Positions 60,655 through 64,000 of a stretch of 64,000 nt of DNA are shown in pieces (within the stretch, counting starts at the first letter, position 1; every line of letters starts with the position of its first letter). The stretch is from Octopus vulgaris. Taxonomy: Eukaryota. The notes beneath the pieces were generated by a model. The model did no database searches. It was not told the DNA's origin and saw nothing but the letters and a program-made list of their open reading frames with translations. The DNA lies in NCBI GenBank assembly GCA_951406725.2, contig OX597819.1:43896001-43960000 (forward strand), in the 5' to 3' direction. The position numbers and the translations under genes are program-made.

Positions 60655-60830
60655 ACCACTTTACAACCGGTGTTAGTTAGTTTATGTCACTGTAACTTAA
60701 CAGTTCGGCAAAAGATACCGATAAAATACTTACTAAATAAGTACTGAAATCGAATAATTCGACTAAACCCTTTAAGGCGATACTCCAGCGAGGCCGCAGT
60801 CCTACGACCGAAACAAGTAAAAGGTAGAAG
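60655..60830 (+). mobile_element. SINE family A 3' half, decayed
   Basis: acaaccggtgtt...gttcggcaaaag...gaaacaagtaaaa. Confidence 0.7.
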
Positions 60831-61129
60831 ATAGCAGCTACCAGGGCTTCACTTTGACAAGTGCTTCAATTATACTTTCTTAATGACGTTGGTATTAATT
60901 TACTACATTTTTCGCTCGTTTTGGGTTTTTCTTCGGTTTTTAGCGGTCTGGTAAATATATTTTTATATTTTTGTTTCATATATTTTCACAAAAATGATAC
61001 CTAATGCTCCAATTATCATATACACTATTTTCTGTGCTACTTTGGCGTGTGATCTACAACTTAGAGGGAGGTTATTTTTTGGAAAAACGGTGAAATTTTG
61101 ATTCGTACCTCTACTAGTAAACTGATCCA

Positions 61130-61385
61130 CCTCATTATAAGAGAAAGTTTGCAATCGATTTTGTTATTTAAATCCTGTGCAGATAGACCGATAAGTTAGG
61201 CAGCTGCGTGTTTTGTAACGTAATGTTGGTAAAATTTCACCGTTTTCCCCCTTCGAGCTTCCTCCATTTCTCCACCACGACGGTGACATAGTATAACATT
61301 TTGTTCATCATCTAAAGGGCTCCTTTCTTCGTAAAAATGCAACTGTCTTTGTCTCGTCGCTAATCGCATAGTAAAAATCTTTAGC
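61130..61385 (-). pseudogene. Possible Merlin (IS1595-like) transposase N-terminal remnant
   Basis: On -, across frameshifts: FYYAISDETKTVAFLRRK..LCHRRGGEMEE..LPTLRYKTRSCLTYRSI..CKLSL, resembling the Zn-ribbon region of Merlin transposases. No catalytic domain or TIRs seen. Confidence 0.4.
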
Positions 61386-61851
61386 CAAAATCTTAAGGGT
61401 TTTTAGAAAAGTAAACTAAAAGGTAACCTAAAATAATCTTCCTTTAAGACGTAGATCATACGCCAAAGTAGCACCCTGTTTTCTATTACGTGTGCTACAA
61501 CTTGCTCATTCAAATCTCAAGGTGCTCGCAATTTGATTGTTTCTGCATCCATTTATTGGCAATGTTCCAGTAAAAATTAATTGAGGCACTGTCGTTATCA
61601 TTATCGCTCGGGCAGCTCTTTTACTCCTTTACTTGCTTCTGTAAAAACTGTTGTGAGAGGTTCAATACCTCGCTTTGTTTATTCTGTTTAAAAAAAAGAA
61701 TGATGTTTTAGAGAAGAAGAAAATCGGCGGGCGTTTTTGCCTTCTTTCACCAAATATCATCCTTATTTCATCATTTACCTCATCACTGTATATGTCCAGT
61801 CCGCAAGCTACACTTTGTAATGCCTTTATGGCAAATTTTTATGAAATAAAT

Positions 61852-61997
61852 TAGCTTGCTTACGAACCACATGGTCCAGGGTTCAGTCCCACTGCGTGGC
61901 AACTTGGGCAAGTGTCTTCTACTATAGCCTCGGGCCGACCAAAGCCTTGTGAGTGGATTTGGTAGACGGAAACTGACAGAATCCCGTCGTATATATG

Positions 61998-62046
<49 letters not shown>

Positions 62047-62288
62047 ATGTGTGTGTGTGTGTGTGTGTGTCTATATGTTTGTGTGTCTGTGTTTGTCCCC
62101 CGAACATTGTGTTTGACCACCGATACTGGTGTGTACGTCCCCGTAACTTAGCGGTTCGGCAAAAGGGACCGATAGAATAAGTACTAGGCTTACAAAGAAT
62201 AAGTCCTTTACTCGACTAAAGACAGTGCTCCAGCATGGCCTCAGTCAAACGACTTAAACAAGTAAAAGACTAAAAGAGTAAAAGAGAA
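61852..62288 (+). mobile_element. SINE family A, slightly 5'-truncated
   Basis: Starts tagcttgcttac; complete body and tail. Confidence 0.9.
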
Positions 62289-62604
62289 TATATATATATA
62301 TATATATATACAGACATAGAGTGCGGCGATAAGGGAGATATGCTAATCGTAGCAGTGTATATCACTCTTAACGCCAGGCATTGAATGACAAGGATTAAGA
62401 AAATTGGGCTAAATCTAATTAACCTTGTCATATTGACTCCCATTCATACTAACAATAACTTTACAGATACTCTACAATGGAACCTTCTTATAGATTTATT
62501 CATTTATTTATTTATTTATTTATTTATTGTAAGAGTTTCTGCTGCTGTTATACTGTGGTACAAGACCTTGTATCCTCTGCCCAAATTCCTTTCCTACACA
62601 TACG

Positions 62605-62680
<76 letters not shown>

Positions 62681-62770
62681 AGCACGCGCGAGCACACGCG
62701 CACACTATGTATATATGTATATAGAAATATATACATGTATACATATATGTCAATATAATTATATATATAC

Positions 62771-62812
<42 letters not shown>

Positions 62813-62918
62813 GTATACACAGATACACATATACCCCGACGCACATACACATATATGTATGGTTGAGTGGACAAAGCCAGAAAAAGGCATCCAACACATT
62901 TAGGGACCGAATCAAACT

Positions 62919-63077
<159 letters not shown>

Positions 63078-63259
63078 GAGGGTGATAATAATATGTGTGT
63101 GTAAATGGTATCAGTATTGTTGAGGTCAGTGTAGTGTTCCCGTTGACTCTATTCTACGCTTGTATGACTGCCGACATTGTAAGGGTTCAGTGATCTGAGA
63201 AGTTCTCTCCTCTTTCTCTTTCTTTCCCGCATACATATAAACATATCTATATACACTCA

Positions 63260-63310
<51 letters not shown>

Positions 63311-63520
63311 AAAGAGAGAGAGAGAGAAAGAGTGCGAGATAGAGAGAGAGGGAGAAAGATACACAGACACACACATAAATATAGCTGTCTTCTCCATTAT
63401 GTACGTATGTATGTATGTATGTATCTATCTATCTATAAACACACGTATGTATGCATATACTTGTAAATATGAGTGCATGCATGTGTCAGTGTGTATAAGT
63501 ATATACATGCATATATATAA

Positions 63521-63850
63521 ATTATAATTTAAGCCATCTAAGAGATACCGCAACGCCGGAACTAGCAGCCAAAACCTGACTAAAAAATCACATTACATGT
63601 TCATACAGCTCCAGGAGATAAGACAAAAAGACAAAATAAACTGCGCAAAAATTACTAGATAATTCCAGATCCCGGATTTCTGGCTTTGCATAAGAAATGC
63701 TTTGCCTCTTCAGGTTTTGGCTGCTATTTCCAGCGTGGCGGTATCTCTTAGATACCCTAAATCATAATTTTAATAATAATTATTACCTTTGCAGGTTTTT
63801 ATTTCCATGCTGGCCACTTGACAAGATTGATATTTGAATTAACGATCTTA

Positions 63851-63855
<5 letters not shown>
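63521..63855. mobile_element. Fold-back PLE-type terminus with an HHR core in the spacer
   Basis: 59-bp diverged arms at 63521-63579 and 63710-63768; the unpaired end resembles the 15365 and 52206 elements; (TA)n follows. Confidence 0.65.
63668..63713 (-). ncRNA. HHR-like core
   Basis: On -: CTGAAGA-ggc-aaa-gcat-ttctt-atgc-aaa-gcc-a-GAAA-tccggga-TC. Helices II and III are formed; helix I is not. Confidence 0.55.
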
Positions 63856-63894
<39 letters not shown>

Positions 63895-63897
<3 letters not shown>

Positions 63898-64000
63898 TCT
63901 TACGCTTTACTCTTTACTCTTTTACTTGTTTTAGTCATTTGACTGTGGCCATGCTGGAGCACCACCTTTTATTCTAGCAAATCGACCCCAGGACTTATTC
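63895..64000 (-). mobile_element. SINE family A 3' end, running off the window
   Basis: tactcttttacttgttttagtcatttgactgtggccatgctggagcacc. Confidence 0.85.

Overview
This is AT-rich, microsatellite-saturated animal DNA. The SINE types and the density of (TA)n/(CA)n/(TACA)n/(TAA)n repeats point to an octopus or other coleoid cephalopod (inference from repeat content, not a database match). No complete host gene is present, and almost all listed ORFs are translated simple repeats. The recognisable content is mobile DNA: three tRNA-derived SINE families, decayed Tc1 (DD34E) and mariner (DD34D) elements, several MITEs, CR1, RTE and R4/Dong-type LINE pieces, and Penelope-like element (PLE) RT and GIY-YIG fragments. 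The most notable layer, which the ORF track does not show, is non-coding and PLE-related. It includes at least six minimal hammerhead-ribozyme (HHR) motifs with palindromic helix III, seven short fold-back inserts in (TA)n arrays, a ~547-nt HHR-bearing unit present as one direct and one inverted, circularly permuted copy (retrozyme-like), and a ~835-bp tandem unit. SINEs also occur as fixed-junction concatemers under one target-site duplication and as a recurring fold-back chimera. A few unique islands look like small, phase-compatible + strand exons of an unidentified large gene (low confidence).
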